A DNA stretch of 57,165 bases, taken from assembly GCA_016180955.1 (NCBI GenBank), contig JACPAD010000005.1, positions 1 through 57,165 of the forward strand, given 5' to 3'. The first letter of the stretch is position 1. Every line of letters begins with the position of its first letter. Of the stretch, positions 1 through 8,051 are shown piece by piece. The translations under genes were made by a program, and so were the position numbers. The DNA is from Candidatus Zambryskiibacteriota bacterium (GTDB lineage Bacteria > Patescibacteriota > Minisyncoccia > Phycocordibacterales > Zambryskibacteraceae). The notes under the pieces were generated by a model. It had not been told where the DNA came from and made no database searches. It saw nothing but the letters and a program-made list of their open reading frames with translations.

Positions 1-1
1 C

Positions 2-112
2 GGAGGTGATGAAATTGAATTTGGCCCCGGCGAAGTCGGAGTAATACCCGCCGGACACGATTTACGGGTTACAAGCAGTGAACCCGCAGTCTGGTTGGAG
101 ATCAAGCGCTAA
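2..112 (+). CDS. 3' end of a probable cupin-domain protein (partial)
   Basis: Open frame GGDEIEFGPGEVGVIPAGHDLRVTSSEPAVWLEIKR* running off the window start; resembles cupin motif 2. Confidence 0.45.
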   Translation, partial: GGDEIEFGPGEVGVIPAGHDLRVTSSEPAVWLEIKR

Positions 113-167
113 AATCTTATATTTTCAAACAGAAACATTTTTGATTATTGTTATACACATCAAATGT

Positions 168-196
168 TTGACAGCATTTATATTTAGGGATAATAT
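168..196 (+). promoter_or_regulatory. sigma70 promoter of the ArsR operon
   Basis: TTGACA (168-173), 17 bp spacer, TAATAT (191-196). Confidence 0.7.
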
Positions 197-224
197 TTAA
201 GTATTAACGCAAATACTTAAATAT
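193..224. promoter_or_regulatory. Probable ArsR/SmtB operator, 13-6-13 inverted repeat
   Basis: ATATTTAAGTATT (193-205) / AATACTTAAATAT (212-224), overlapping the -10 box and the regulator's start codon. Confidence 0.7.
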
Positions 225-531
225 GTTAAAGTCAGCACAAATATCAAAAATCAAAGACAGTTTAAAAGGAAGGGACTCGTCCTTGATTAATATTTTTAGT
301 GTATTGGGAGATAAAAATCGTTTTCTTATTATGAAGTTACTTCTGGACCAGGGGGAGCTTTGTGTCAGTGATATTGCCGCCGTCTTAGATGTATCCGTTT
401 CGGCTATATCGCAACATCTAAGAATATTGGAAATGTCCCATTTTGTTGAGGGTGAACGAATAGGTCAGATGATGTGCTATAAGCCGAAGGTAGATGACCC
501 GAGTGTTAAGAAGATTATTAATTTAATGTAG
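223..531 (+). CDS. ArsR/SmtB family transcriptional repressor
   Basis: wHTH signature ELCVSDIAAVLDVSVSAISQHLRIL, 102 aa. Confidence 0.9.
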   Translation: MLKSAQISKIKDSLKGRDSSLINIFSVLGDKNRFLIMKLLLDQGELCVSDIAAVLDVSVSAISQHLRILEMSHFVEGERIGQMMCYKPKVDDPSVKKIINLM

Positions 532-538
532 TAAAAAA

Positions 539-775
539 ATGAAAGACGTAACTATTTACACCACGCCAACTTGTCACTTCTGCAAAGCGGCTAAGGCATT
601 CTTTGCTGAGCACAATGTAGAATTTATAAATAAAGATGTTACTACAAATAAAGAGTTTGCAAACGAGATGATTAATAAGTCTGGCCAGATGGGCGTGCCA
701 GTTACTTTTATTGATAATGACATGGTAATAGGTTTTGACGAACCAAAACTTCGAGAACTCCTAGGAATTAAATAA
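539..775 (+). CDS. Glutaredoxin/NrdH-like redoxin
   Basis: CHFC active site and GQMGVPV motif, 78 aa. Confidence 0.9.
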   Translation: MKDVTIYTTPTCHFCKAAKAFFAEHNVEFINKDVTTNKEFANEMINKSGQMGVPVTFIDNDMVIGFDEPKLRELLGIK

Positions 776-777
776 AA

Positions 778-1533
778 ATGCTTGCTCTTGTTATTCCATC
801 TTTTATAGCTGGCCTACTGACATTTTTGGCACCATGCACCCTGCCTATGGTGCCTGCGTATCTCACTTTTATTGGAGGAGTATCGGTAAAAAACTTTGGT
901 GATAAAAAGGAAGAGAGGAAGGTCAGGGCTAAAGTATTTATCAATGGCATTTTCTTCGTATTGGGATTCAGCGCTGTCTTTATAACCTTGGGTCTCTTTG
1001 CTGGAACCATTGGAGGATTTGTAGCTGGGGGTAGATTGTGGTTTGCTCGAATTGGAGGAGTACTTGTAATTCTTTTTGGTCTTACAATGTTCAACATCAT
1101 AAAAATTCCGCAACTACTGTCTGAAAAGAAATTTAATATAAATGCTAATAATGAACGTAGGGGCACTTATGGTTTTTCCTTCCTCCTTGGGATGATATTT
1201 GGTTCAGGTTGGACACCATGTATAGGTCCGGTGCTCGGCTCTATATTGGTTATAGCTGGTTCAAGTGCTACTGCCGGATCAGGAGCATTACTCCTTGCTG
1301 TATTTTCTCTCGGACTTGCTATCCCATTTCTCCTCATCGCCCTCGGCATAGGGAGGTCACAGAAGTTCATTGATAGATATGCCGACAAGTTGGGGTTTGT
1401 AACCAAGATTGGAGGGCTTCTAATAATCGGTCTCGGAATACTGCTTCTCACTGACAGAATGTATTTCCTTGTTTCTTACGGATACAAATTATTAGAGTTT
1501 ATTCATTATGATAGGTTAATAAATTATTTATAA
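778..1533 (+). CDS. ccdA: CcdA/DsbD-type transmembrane electron transporter
   Basis: LTFLAPCTLPMVP and GWTPCIGPVLG motifs, multiple TM helices. Confidence 0.9.
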   Translation: MLALVIPSFIAGLLTFLAPCTLPMVPAYLTFIGGVSVKNFGDKKEERKVRAKVFINGIFFVLGFSAVFITLGLFAGTIGGFVAGGRLWFARIGGVLVILFGLTMFNIIKIPQLLSEKKFNINANNERRGTYGFSFLLGMIFGSGWTPCIGPVLGSILVIAGSSATAGSGALLLAVFSLGLAIPFLLIALGIGRSQKFIDRYADKLGFVTKIGGLLIIGLGILLLTDRMYFLVSYGYKLLEFIHYDRLINYL

Positions 1534-1537
1534 AAAT

Positions 1538-2053
1538 ATGAAAACACAAAATATTATAATATTCGTTGTTATATTGGTACTCATTATTGCTGGTATAAGT
1601 TTTCTATCAAAGGGAGAACTGTCGCCCAATACTGCTGTCACTAACACAGAGAGTGCCCAAACCGCCCCAAATTTCTCTCTTGAAGATTTAAGTGGCAACA
1701 CCATAACTCTTGCTGATTACAAAGGAGTAAAATCCGTAGTTTTGGATTTCTGGGCTACATGGTGTCCAAATTGTCAGAGAGATATGCCTCGTCTAAACAG
1801 TTATTACGAAAAATATAAAGATCAAGTTGAGGTCATAGGAGTAAACTTGCAGGAAAATAAAAATTTGGTTGAGAAATTCGTACAACAAAAAGGACTGACG
1901 TTTCCAATAGTACTTGATCCGACCGGCCTCGTTTCAAGGAATTATAGCGTGAGATACACCAACTACCATGTGGTCATAGACAAAGAAGGAAATGTCGTTA
2001 GAACCATACCGGGGGACATAAGCGAGTCCGATATTCAATCACTAATCAATTAA
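1538..2053 (+). CDS. TlpA/ResA-like membrane-anchored thioredoxin
   Basis: N-terminal TM, APNFSL, LDFWATWCPNC. Confidence 0.88.
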   Translation: MKTQNIIIFVVILVLIIAGISFLSKGELSPNTAVTNTESAQTAPNFSLEDLSGNTITLADYKGVKSVVLDFWATWCPNCQRDMPRLNSYYEKYKDQVEVIGVNLQENKNLVEKFVQQKGLTFPIVLDPTGLVSRNYSVRYTNYHVVIDKEGNVVRTIPGDISESDIQSLIN

Positions 2054-2058
2054 ATTTT

Positions 2059-2232
2059 ATGGGAAAAACAATCAATCATATAAAACAAATAGTCTATACC
2101 TGCCCTGAATGCAAGATGAGGTATCACGACGAGGAAACTGCTAAAAAGTGTGAGGAATGGTGCAGGAAAAACAAGAGTTGCAACCTAGATATCATAAAGT
2201 ACGCAATTAAAGAAGATGAACACTCAAGTTAA
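2059..2232 (+). CDS. Small Cys-rich putative metal-binding protein (57 aa, absent from ORF track)
   Basis: MGKTINHIKQIVYTCPECKMRYHDEETAKKCEEWCRKNKSCNLDIIKYAIKEDEHSS*; fills the operon gap and overlaps the next start. Confidence 0.7.
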   Translation: MGKTINHIKQIVYTCPECKMRYHDEETAKKCEEWCRKNKSCNLDIIKYAIKEDEHSS

Positions 2233-3202
2233 AATTATACTCATAGTCCTCATTCTTCTCGGCATTGGAGCTTTTTGGTATTTCGGGAAAAATAATCAGA
2301 GTGTAAATTCTCAAATAGATTTGTTAAACACCGATTCACCAAAAGAAACTGCCTTTCAAAATAAAGGGTTAAATACTAATACAGCTAAAGCTTCTATACC
2401 TCTTGAAAAAGTTCTGGATGGAGGCCCAGGCAAGGATGGGATACCAGCTCTCATTAATCCTAAATTCATAAGCATAAAAGAAGCAGAGAAAAATATTGAA
2501 GATGATATGGATGGATTAGTCGTCTCCATTGGTAATTCGGTAAAATTCTACCCATACAACATTATGGTCTGGCACGAAATAGTAAATGATGTTGTTGGCG
2601 GTAAACCACTTGCAATCACTTTCTGCCCTTTGTGCGGATCGGCTATAGTTTTTGAAACAACTGATCAATTTGGAGTGTCGGGGAAACTTTATGAATCTAA
2701 CCTCTTGATGTACGACAAGAAAACCGAATCTCTATGGTCGCAATCTATAGGAACTGCTGTTGTTGGAGACAGAACTGGAGAAAAATTAACTGTCTATCCG
2801 TCTCAAGTGCTCTCTTTCAAGACATTCAAGGGGAAATGGCCAAGTGGCTTAGTAATGAGCACAGATACGGGCTTTAACAGAAATTATGAGCTATATCCTT
2901 ATAGAGATTACAACAATAATGATGATGTCTACTTTCCGATTTCAATAAAAGATAGTCGTTTCCCCGCAAAGGAAATTATGTATGTAGTCAATGCCTATAA
3001 TCACTCTGTGGCCTTCCCAGTAAAGCAGTTGGGTGAATCACCCGTATCAGTTGATGTGGGCGGCAATAAGGTCACGGGAGCGATAATTGAGGGAGAAATT
3101 GTTGTAAAAGAGGCATCAGGAAAAATCCTTCCTGGGTATCATGAAATGTGGTTCTCTTGGGTAATTCATCATCAAGAAGATGGAGTTGTTTGGAAAAAAT
3201 AA
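2216..3202 (+). CDS. DUF3179 family protein
   Basis: N-terminal TM; GGPGKDGIPAL, WHEIVND, TFCPLCGS, SGKLYESNLLMYD, SLWSQ motifs. Confidence 0.85.
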   Translation: MNTQVKIILIVLILLGIGAFWYFGKNNQSVNSQIDLLNTDSPKETAFQNKGLNTNTAKASIPLEKVLDGGPGKDGIPALINPKFISIKEAEKNIEDDMDGLVVSIGNSVKFYPYNIMVWHEIVNDVVGGKPLAITFCPLCGSAIVFETTDQFGVSGKLYESNLLMYDKKTESLWSQSIGTAVVGDRTGEKLTVYPSQVLSFKTFKGKWPSGLVMSTDTGFNRNYELYPYRDYNNNDDVYFPISIKDSRFPAKEIMYVVNAYNHSVAFPVKQLGESPVSVDVGGNKVTGAIIEGEIVVKEASGKILPGYHEMWFSWVIHHQEDGVVWKK

Positions 3203-3267
3203 TATGGATAAATATAAAGATATGCACTAAAATTAGTGGATGCGCTTATTAATTAATTATTAAAATT

Positions 3268-3648
3268 ATGTTTACACAACTTCTACAATATAACGACGTC
3301 GGCTTGCTTCTTTTGCGGATCGCTGTCGCAAGCATCTTCCTCTACCACGGCTTACCAAAGCTCTCAAGGTCCAAAGAGATGAGCCAAATGATGGGGATGC
3401 CGGCAGGTATGATATTTATGCTCGGCATAGTAGAAACTCTCGCTTCTCTGGGTGTAGTTTTTGGAGTCTATACTCAACTATCAGCATTACTCCTCGCCAT
3501 TGTGATGATTGGAGCCATGGGTATGAAGATGACGAAATGGAATGTGCCGTTCTCGGCAGTGGATAAAACCGGTTGGGAGTTTGATTTTATCCTGCTATTC
3601 GCGAGTATCGCCATTCTGCTTAATGGCGGAGGGTCTATTGGCTTATAA
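3268..3648 (+). CDS. DoxX family membrane protein
   Basis: LLLLRIAVASIFLYHGLPKL and GWEFDFILL, 4 TM. Confidence 0.85.
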   Translation: MFTQLLQYNDVGLLLLRIAVASIFLYHGLPKLSRSKEMSQMMGMPAGMIFMLGIVETLASLGVVFGVYTQLSALLLAIVMIGAMGMKMTKWNVPFSAVDKTGWEFDFILLFASIAILLNGGGSIGL

Positions 3649-3686
3649 GAAGGTTCGCAATTAAGAATTGTAATTAATTAAATACT

Positions 3687-3869
3687 ATGGATACAATGCA
3701 AAAAGAAGAAAAGAAGTGTATGAAGTGTGGAGGTGAGACGAGGGGGTATAAATGTGATATGTGCGGGGCTGAAGCAGACAAACACGATGCAAACCATTCC
3801 TGCGGAGGAGACCATTGTGTTGCGAAATGTGTGGGTTGCAATGAATCAGAGACCAAGTGTAGTTGTTAA
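3687..3869 (+). CDS. Small Cys/His-rich metallothionein- or zinc-ribbon-like protein
   Basis: 60 aa with 10 Cys (CxxC x3, CxxxxC, CxC) and 3 His; last gene of the ArsR operon. Confidence 0.65.
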   Translation: MDTMQKEEKKCMKCGGETRGYKCDMCGAEADKHDANHSCGGDHCVAKCVGCNESETKCSC

Positions 3870-4030
3870 TAGTAAAAGAGTGGAAGATCATGTACACCCG
3901 GGAAACCCGGAGTTAGATTACAATCACATAATAGATGGTATTTTCATCGGCACACTCCACCCCTCTTTGGATAGACAGCACTAGGACGACCGGCTGCGAG
4001 ACTCACAAGAAAATAAAGTAAGATAAAGGC

Positions 4031-6088
4031 ATGAAGCTTGAGGGCAAACTGACTGATATTTTCCGCATTCTGCCGGCGCAGGAGAAAGCACTTGAGCGCC
4101 TTGGAATTACCAGTGTTAAAGATTTACTCTACCACTTCCCCCACTATTATGCCGACACGGCTGAAGCAAGGAGTATTGCTAATCTGGAAGCAGGCACCGC
4201 CGCCGTAATCTTCGGCAAAATTTCTGGTTTAAAAATTAAGAAAGCTTTTCGCAAAAAGATTCCTATGGCCGAAGGGATAGTTACAGACGCGACCGGTTCT
4301 GTAAAAATTGTCTGGTTCCACCAGCCTTATCTTGCCAAAATGCTCGATGAGGGCGCCTATGTTCGAGTAGAAGGCAAATATTCGGAGAGAGGATTTTCTA
4401 ATCCCAAGATAGAATCCGTTCCCACTCTCTTTTCCAAAAATAAAACTCATTCTCTCTACCCGATTTATCCCGAAACACGCGGGGTCACTTCAAATTGGAT
4501 TTATCACAAGATCCAGCAAATTTTGCCCAAGACCGAATTTGAGGACCCAATACCCCAAGAGATTTTGAAAAAGTATAATCTCCCCTCCTTAAAAACTGCC
4601 CTGGTCTGGATCCATATGCCCAAAAGAATCCAAGATGCCGAGGCGGCGCGCAAGCGCTTTGCTTTCGAAGAAATCTTTTTCATACAGTTAGAAAAGCAGA
4701 TAGTACGGCAGAAATTCAGGGAGCAGAGAGCTTTTGTGATAGAAAAAAGTTACAAAGATGTTGAGAATTTTATAAAAAATTTCTCCTTTCAGGCCACGGG
4801 GGCGCAGAAAAGAGCAATTGAAGCAATTCTCGGAGATTTTAAAAAAGGTTATCCAATGTCAAGACTTTTAGAAGGAGACGTCGGTTCTGGCAAAACTGCC
4901 GTAGCGGCGGTGGCAACATATGCTGTAGTCACACATAAGTTACAAGTTGCCTATATGGCGCCAACGGAAATTCTTGCTCGCCAGCATTTTGAATCGTTTA
5001 TAAAGTATTTCTCCCATCTACCGATTCAGATTGCGCTCATCACAGGGAGCGGCTGTCTCAAGTTTCCCTCCAAAGTAAATCCGAAGAGCTTCACAAATAT
5101 TTCTCGCTCTCAACTTCTTAAGTGGGTGGCTAACGGCGAAATTGCTGTGCTTATCGGCACCCACGCTTTAATTCAGAAATCTGTGAAGTTTAAACACTTG
5201 GCACTCGCTATTGTTGACGAACAGCACCGCTTTGGAACAGCGCAAAGGCAGCAATTGGTCAGTAAAGATGGAGTAACCCCGCATCTTCTCTCTATGACCG
5301 CCACTCCTATTCCTCGTACGCTCGCTCTCACTCTCTATGGCGATCTTGACCTTACGCTTCTTGATGAGATGCCTCTCGGCAGAAAAAAAATTATTACAGA
5401 AATCATCACGCCCGAGAATAGGTCGTTGGCCTATTCTCGCATCAAAGAAGAACTGGAAGCCGGCCGGCAACTATACGTCATCTGCCCGCGCATTAATGAA
5501 CCAGATCCAACTAAAGAATTGGCGGTTCTTGCCAAGTCAGTAAAGAAGGAAGCAGAGAGACTAAAAAACGAAGTCTTTCAAGAATATAAGATTGCTATTC
5601 TTCACTCCAAAATGAAGCCAGTTGAGAAAGAAAGGGTCATGAAAGATTTCCAAGAACATAAAACTGATATCTTAGTTGCCACTTCCGTTGTCGAAGTTGG
5701 AGTCAATGTAGAGAATGCCTCGCTCATTATTATTGAAGGCGCGGAGCGCTTTGGCTTGGCGCAGCTCCACCAATTGCGCGGCCGCGTACTTCGCGGCACA
5801 CACCAGCCGTACTGCTTCGTCTTCTCTGAACATAAGTCTGATAAAACCTTGGAACGCTTGAAAGCCTTGACGACAGCAAAAAATGGTTTCGAATTAGCGG
5901 AATTCGACCTAACACAGCGCGGAGCGGGTGCCCTGTCAGGCACCAAACAATGGGGCATCTCTGATCTCGGCATGGAAGCCATCAAAAATTTGAAGATGGT
6001 CGAAGCGGCCCGATCGGAAGCGCAGAAAATTACTGAAGAGGGCCTGACCTTATCTGGATACACGCCCAAAAAGATTCATTTTGAGTGA
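4031..6088 (+). CDS. recG: ATP-dependent DNA helicase RecG
   Basis: RLLEGDVGSGKT, DEQHRFG, MTATPIPRTL, AERFGLAQLHQLRGRV. Confidence 0.95.
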   Translation: MKLEGKLTDIFRILPAQEKALERLGITSVKDLLYHFPHYYADTAEARSIANLEAGTAAVIFGKISGLKIKKAFRKKIPMAEGIVTDATGSVKIVWFHQPYLAKMLDEGAYVRVEGKYSERGFSNPKIESVPTLFSKNKTHSLYPIYPETRGVTSNWIYHKIQQILPKTEFEDPIPQEILKKYNLPSLKTALVWIHMPKRIQDAEAARKRFAFEEIFFIQLEKQIVRQKFREQRAFVIEKSYKDVENFIKNFSFQATGAQKRAIEAILGDFKKGYPMSRLLEGDVGSGKTAVAAVATYAVVTHKLQVAYMAPTEILARQHFESFIKYFSHLPIQIALITGSGCLKFPSKVNPKSFTNISRSQLLKWVANGEIAVLIGTHALIQKSVKFKHLALAIVDEQHRFGTAQRQQLVSKDGVTPHLLSMTATPIPRTLALTLYGDLDLTLLDEMPLGRKKIITEIITPENRSLAYSRIKEELEAGRQLYVICPRINEPDPTKELAVLAKSVKKEAERLKNEVFQEYKIAILHSKMKPVEKERVMKDFQEHKTDILVATSVVEVGVNVENASLIIIEGAERFGLAQLHQLRGRVLRGTHQPYCFVFSEHKSDKTLERLKALTTAKNGFELAEFDLTQRGAGALSGTKQWGISDLGMEAIKNLKMVEAARSEAQKITEEGLTLSGYTPKKIHFE

Positions 6089-6100
6089 TAGAATTAAAGG

Positions 6101-6523
6101 ATGAATTATTCCGTTCTTGCAAACACAACGGCTGTTACCCACTTCATTATAATCCTTGGCGTAATTGCGGGACTTTTGGTCAGTTTCCGCTACAGACGTT
6201 TCAGGCCGTGGGAAGCAGGTACGCTCGTATCAGTCGTTATCCTCTGGTCCTACTACGGTAATTGCCCCTTGACCATTCTCGAGCAATACTTCCGCGATGC
6301 GGCCGGACAACAAGCCAACCTTACCTCGGTCGGCTTCCTCCCCTACTACGCCGAGAAACTCTTAGATATCAGCCTTTCTTCAAAACTTGTCCAGCACACT
6401 ACTTTCTTTACCGGTGGAGCGCTCTTTACTGCCTCTATCGAATGGCTCGCCCCTTGGATGCACATGGAAGTCTTTAAACTTCGCAAAGCTTTGCGGAAAT
6501 TAACTCGACACTATAGTATTTAA
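6101..6523 (+). CDS. Small membrane protein, DUF2784-like
   Basis: Hydrophobic, with H..II and CPLT.LE motifs. Confidence 0.55.
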   Translation: MNYSVLANTTAVTHFIIILGVIAGLLVSFRYRRFRPWEAGTLVSVVILWSYYGNCPLTILEQYFRDAAGQQANLTSVGFLPYYAEKLLDISLSSKLVQHTTFFTGGALFTASIEWLAPWMHMEVFKLRKALRKLTRHYSI

Positions 6524-6536
6524 CCTTACCACCCTT

Positions 6537-6588
6537 AGTCCCGACGTAAAGTCGGGATCCCGACCTCGAATACTCGAGCGTCGGGACT
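6537..6588. repeat. Double TCCCGAC/GTCGGGA palindrome (REP-like)
   Basis: GTCCCGAC-GTAAA-GTCGGGAT and ATCCCGAC-N15-GTCGGGAC; related palindromes at about 11260, 17031 and 28432. Confidence 0.75.
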
Positions 6589-6593
6589 CAACA

Positions 6594-6855
6594 ATGCCCT
6601 ACGTATATATTCTTAAAACATCTTCAGGAAAATACTACATAGAAAGCACAACAAACTTAGCAAAAAGAATTTTCCATCATAAGGGAGGTTTTACGCCTTC
6701 TACAAAAAGTTTGGGCGAGATCGGTTTGATTTTCAGCCAAGAATACTCTACGCTGAACAATGCAAGGTCTGTAGAAAGAAAACTAAAAAAAGCTAAAAAG
6801 AAAAGACTATATCGAAGCAATAATTCGGGACGGTAAAATCAAACTACAACCTTAA
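6594..6855 (+). pseudogene. GIY-YIG nuclease, frameshifted in an A7 run
   Basis: YVYIL..YYIESTTNL..R..H (G changed to E in the YIG motif). Removing one A from 6785-6791 restores KKLKRKDYIEAIIRDGKIKLQP* ending at 6855. Confidence 0.7.
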
Positions 6856-6857
6856 AT

Positions 6858-6929
6858 CCACCCTTAGCTCAACGGTAGAGCAGTCGCCTTATACGCGATT
6901 GGTTCGGGGTTCGAATCCCTGAGGGTGGA
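6858..6929 (+). tRNA. tRNA-Ile with UAU anticodon
   Basis: Cloverleaf: acceptor CCACCCT/AGGGTGG, D arm GCTC/GAGC, anticodon arm GTCGC-CTTATAC-GCGAT (TAT at 6890-6892), T loop TTCGAAT, discriminator A; CCA not encoded. Confidence 0.92.
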
Positions 6930-6956
6930 CACTTTAAAAGGTGCTAACATATAAAT

Positions 6957-7172
6957 ATGCTTCCGATTGAGACCTTGGTCAACGTTGCAGTGACAGTTGT
7001 ATTTGGCTTCTTTTGGCTTGTCGCTTTCGTCATTATTTACCACCTCGCGCGTTTTGGCATCGGCACAACGCCCAAAAAATTCGCGGCCATCTTTCTTCTG
7101 GGAGGAGTACTCTTGTTTTTCGGCAGTATTCTGCTTTATAACAGCATTGAGCTCAACTCGATACAGCTATGA
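6957..7172 (+). CDS. Small two-TM membrane protein
   Basis: 71-aa hydrophobic ORF; extended -10 box 6 nt upstream; ATGA overlap with the next gene. Confidence 0.7.
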   Translation: MLPIETLVNVAVTVVFGFFWLVAFVIIYHLARFGIGTTPKKFAAIFLLGGVLLFFGSILLYNSIELNSIQL

Positions 7173-7726
7173 TAAGAAGGCTATTTTCCATTTTCAGAGA
7201 ATCGACACAAAGTTTCCACGATCAGGAAGCGGGCGAGAAAGTGGTTCTAATTCTCCGCCGGCATTACTTCACCATTCTTGTGCCCTTGATACTTCTGGGC
7301 CTTGCCGGGTTTGTGCCCGTCGTCGCCTGGACGATTTTCGAAATGCAGTTGAGGATTCTCGGCTTGACGAGCTTGTTCTTCTTTGTCTCAAGTATTTGGT
7401 ACCTGGCTTTGTGGCTTTCTACCTTTTACTTCTTAACTATATATATCTTAAACACGGTAATCGTCACCGACCGGCGCATCATCGACAACGACCAGCATGG
7501 ATTCTTCAACAGAGAGGTTTCGGAACTTCATACCTACCGGGTTCAGGACGTCTCGGTTCATACCAATGGGATTATTGAAACCTTTCTCTCTTTCGGCGAC
7601 ATCGTGGTGCAAACCGCCGCTTCAGAAAAACAGTTTGTCTTCCACCAGATTCCCGAACCAGAGAGAGTCAAAGACATCGTCATGAAAATTGTTTCGGAGC
7701 ATCGGTCGAAGATGCGCTTGTCTTAA
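7169..7726 (+). CDS. Membrane protein with bacterial PH (bPH_2-like) domain
   Basis: Two TM followed by VIVTDRRII..GFFNREVSEL..VQDVSV..G..FGDIVVQTA. Confidence 0.8.
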   Translation: MIRRLFSIFRESTQSFHDQEAGEKVVLILRRHYFTILVPLILLGLAGFVPVVAWTIFEMQLRILGLTSLFFFVSSIWYLALWLSTFYFLTIYILNTVIVTDRRIIDNDQHGFFNREVSELHTYRVQDVSVHTNGIIETFLSFGDIVVQTAASEKQFVFHQIPEPERVKDIVMKIVSEHRSKMRLS

Positions 7727-7780
7727 TGAGTGTTATAATAAAAGACAGGTTGGTGACAACCTTAAAAGCTAATTTATTTT

Positions 7781-7978
7781 ATGAAAATTCATAAACTTAC
7801 CTTCACCCTTCTTATCATAGGGGGTTTGAATTGGGGTCTCGAGGTTTTAGGCTACGGTCTTGGCAACTATTTACCGGCCGGTCTCTTGACCATCGTCTAT
7901 GTTCTAGTGGCTCTTTCAGCCCTTTACGAAATCTTCAGCCACAAGAGTCTCTGCAGGAACTGTTCTCCGCAGATGTAA
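7781..7978 (+). CDS. DUF378 family membrane protein
   Basis: LLIIGGLNWGL...IVYVLVALSALY. Confidence 0.85.
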   Translation: MKIHKLTFTLLIIGGLNWGLEVLGYGLGNYLPAGLLTIVYVLVALSALYEIFSHKSLCRNCSPQM

Positions 7979-7984
7979 GAAGGC

Positions 7985-8035
7985 AAAAAAAACAGCCCTG
8001 TGAAATTAGAAGTGCCATCTCACAGAGCTGTTTTT
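7985..8035. terminator. Bidirectional terminator between DUF378 and ftsH
   Basis: AAAAACAGC-C-CTGTGA...TCACAG-A-GCTGTTTTT. Confidence 0.6.
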
Positions 8036-8051
8036 AATTTCTAATTAGCTA

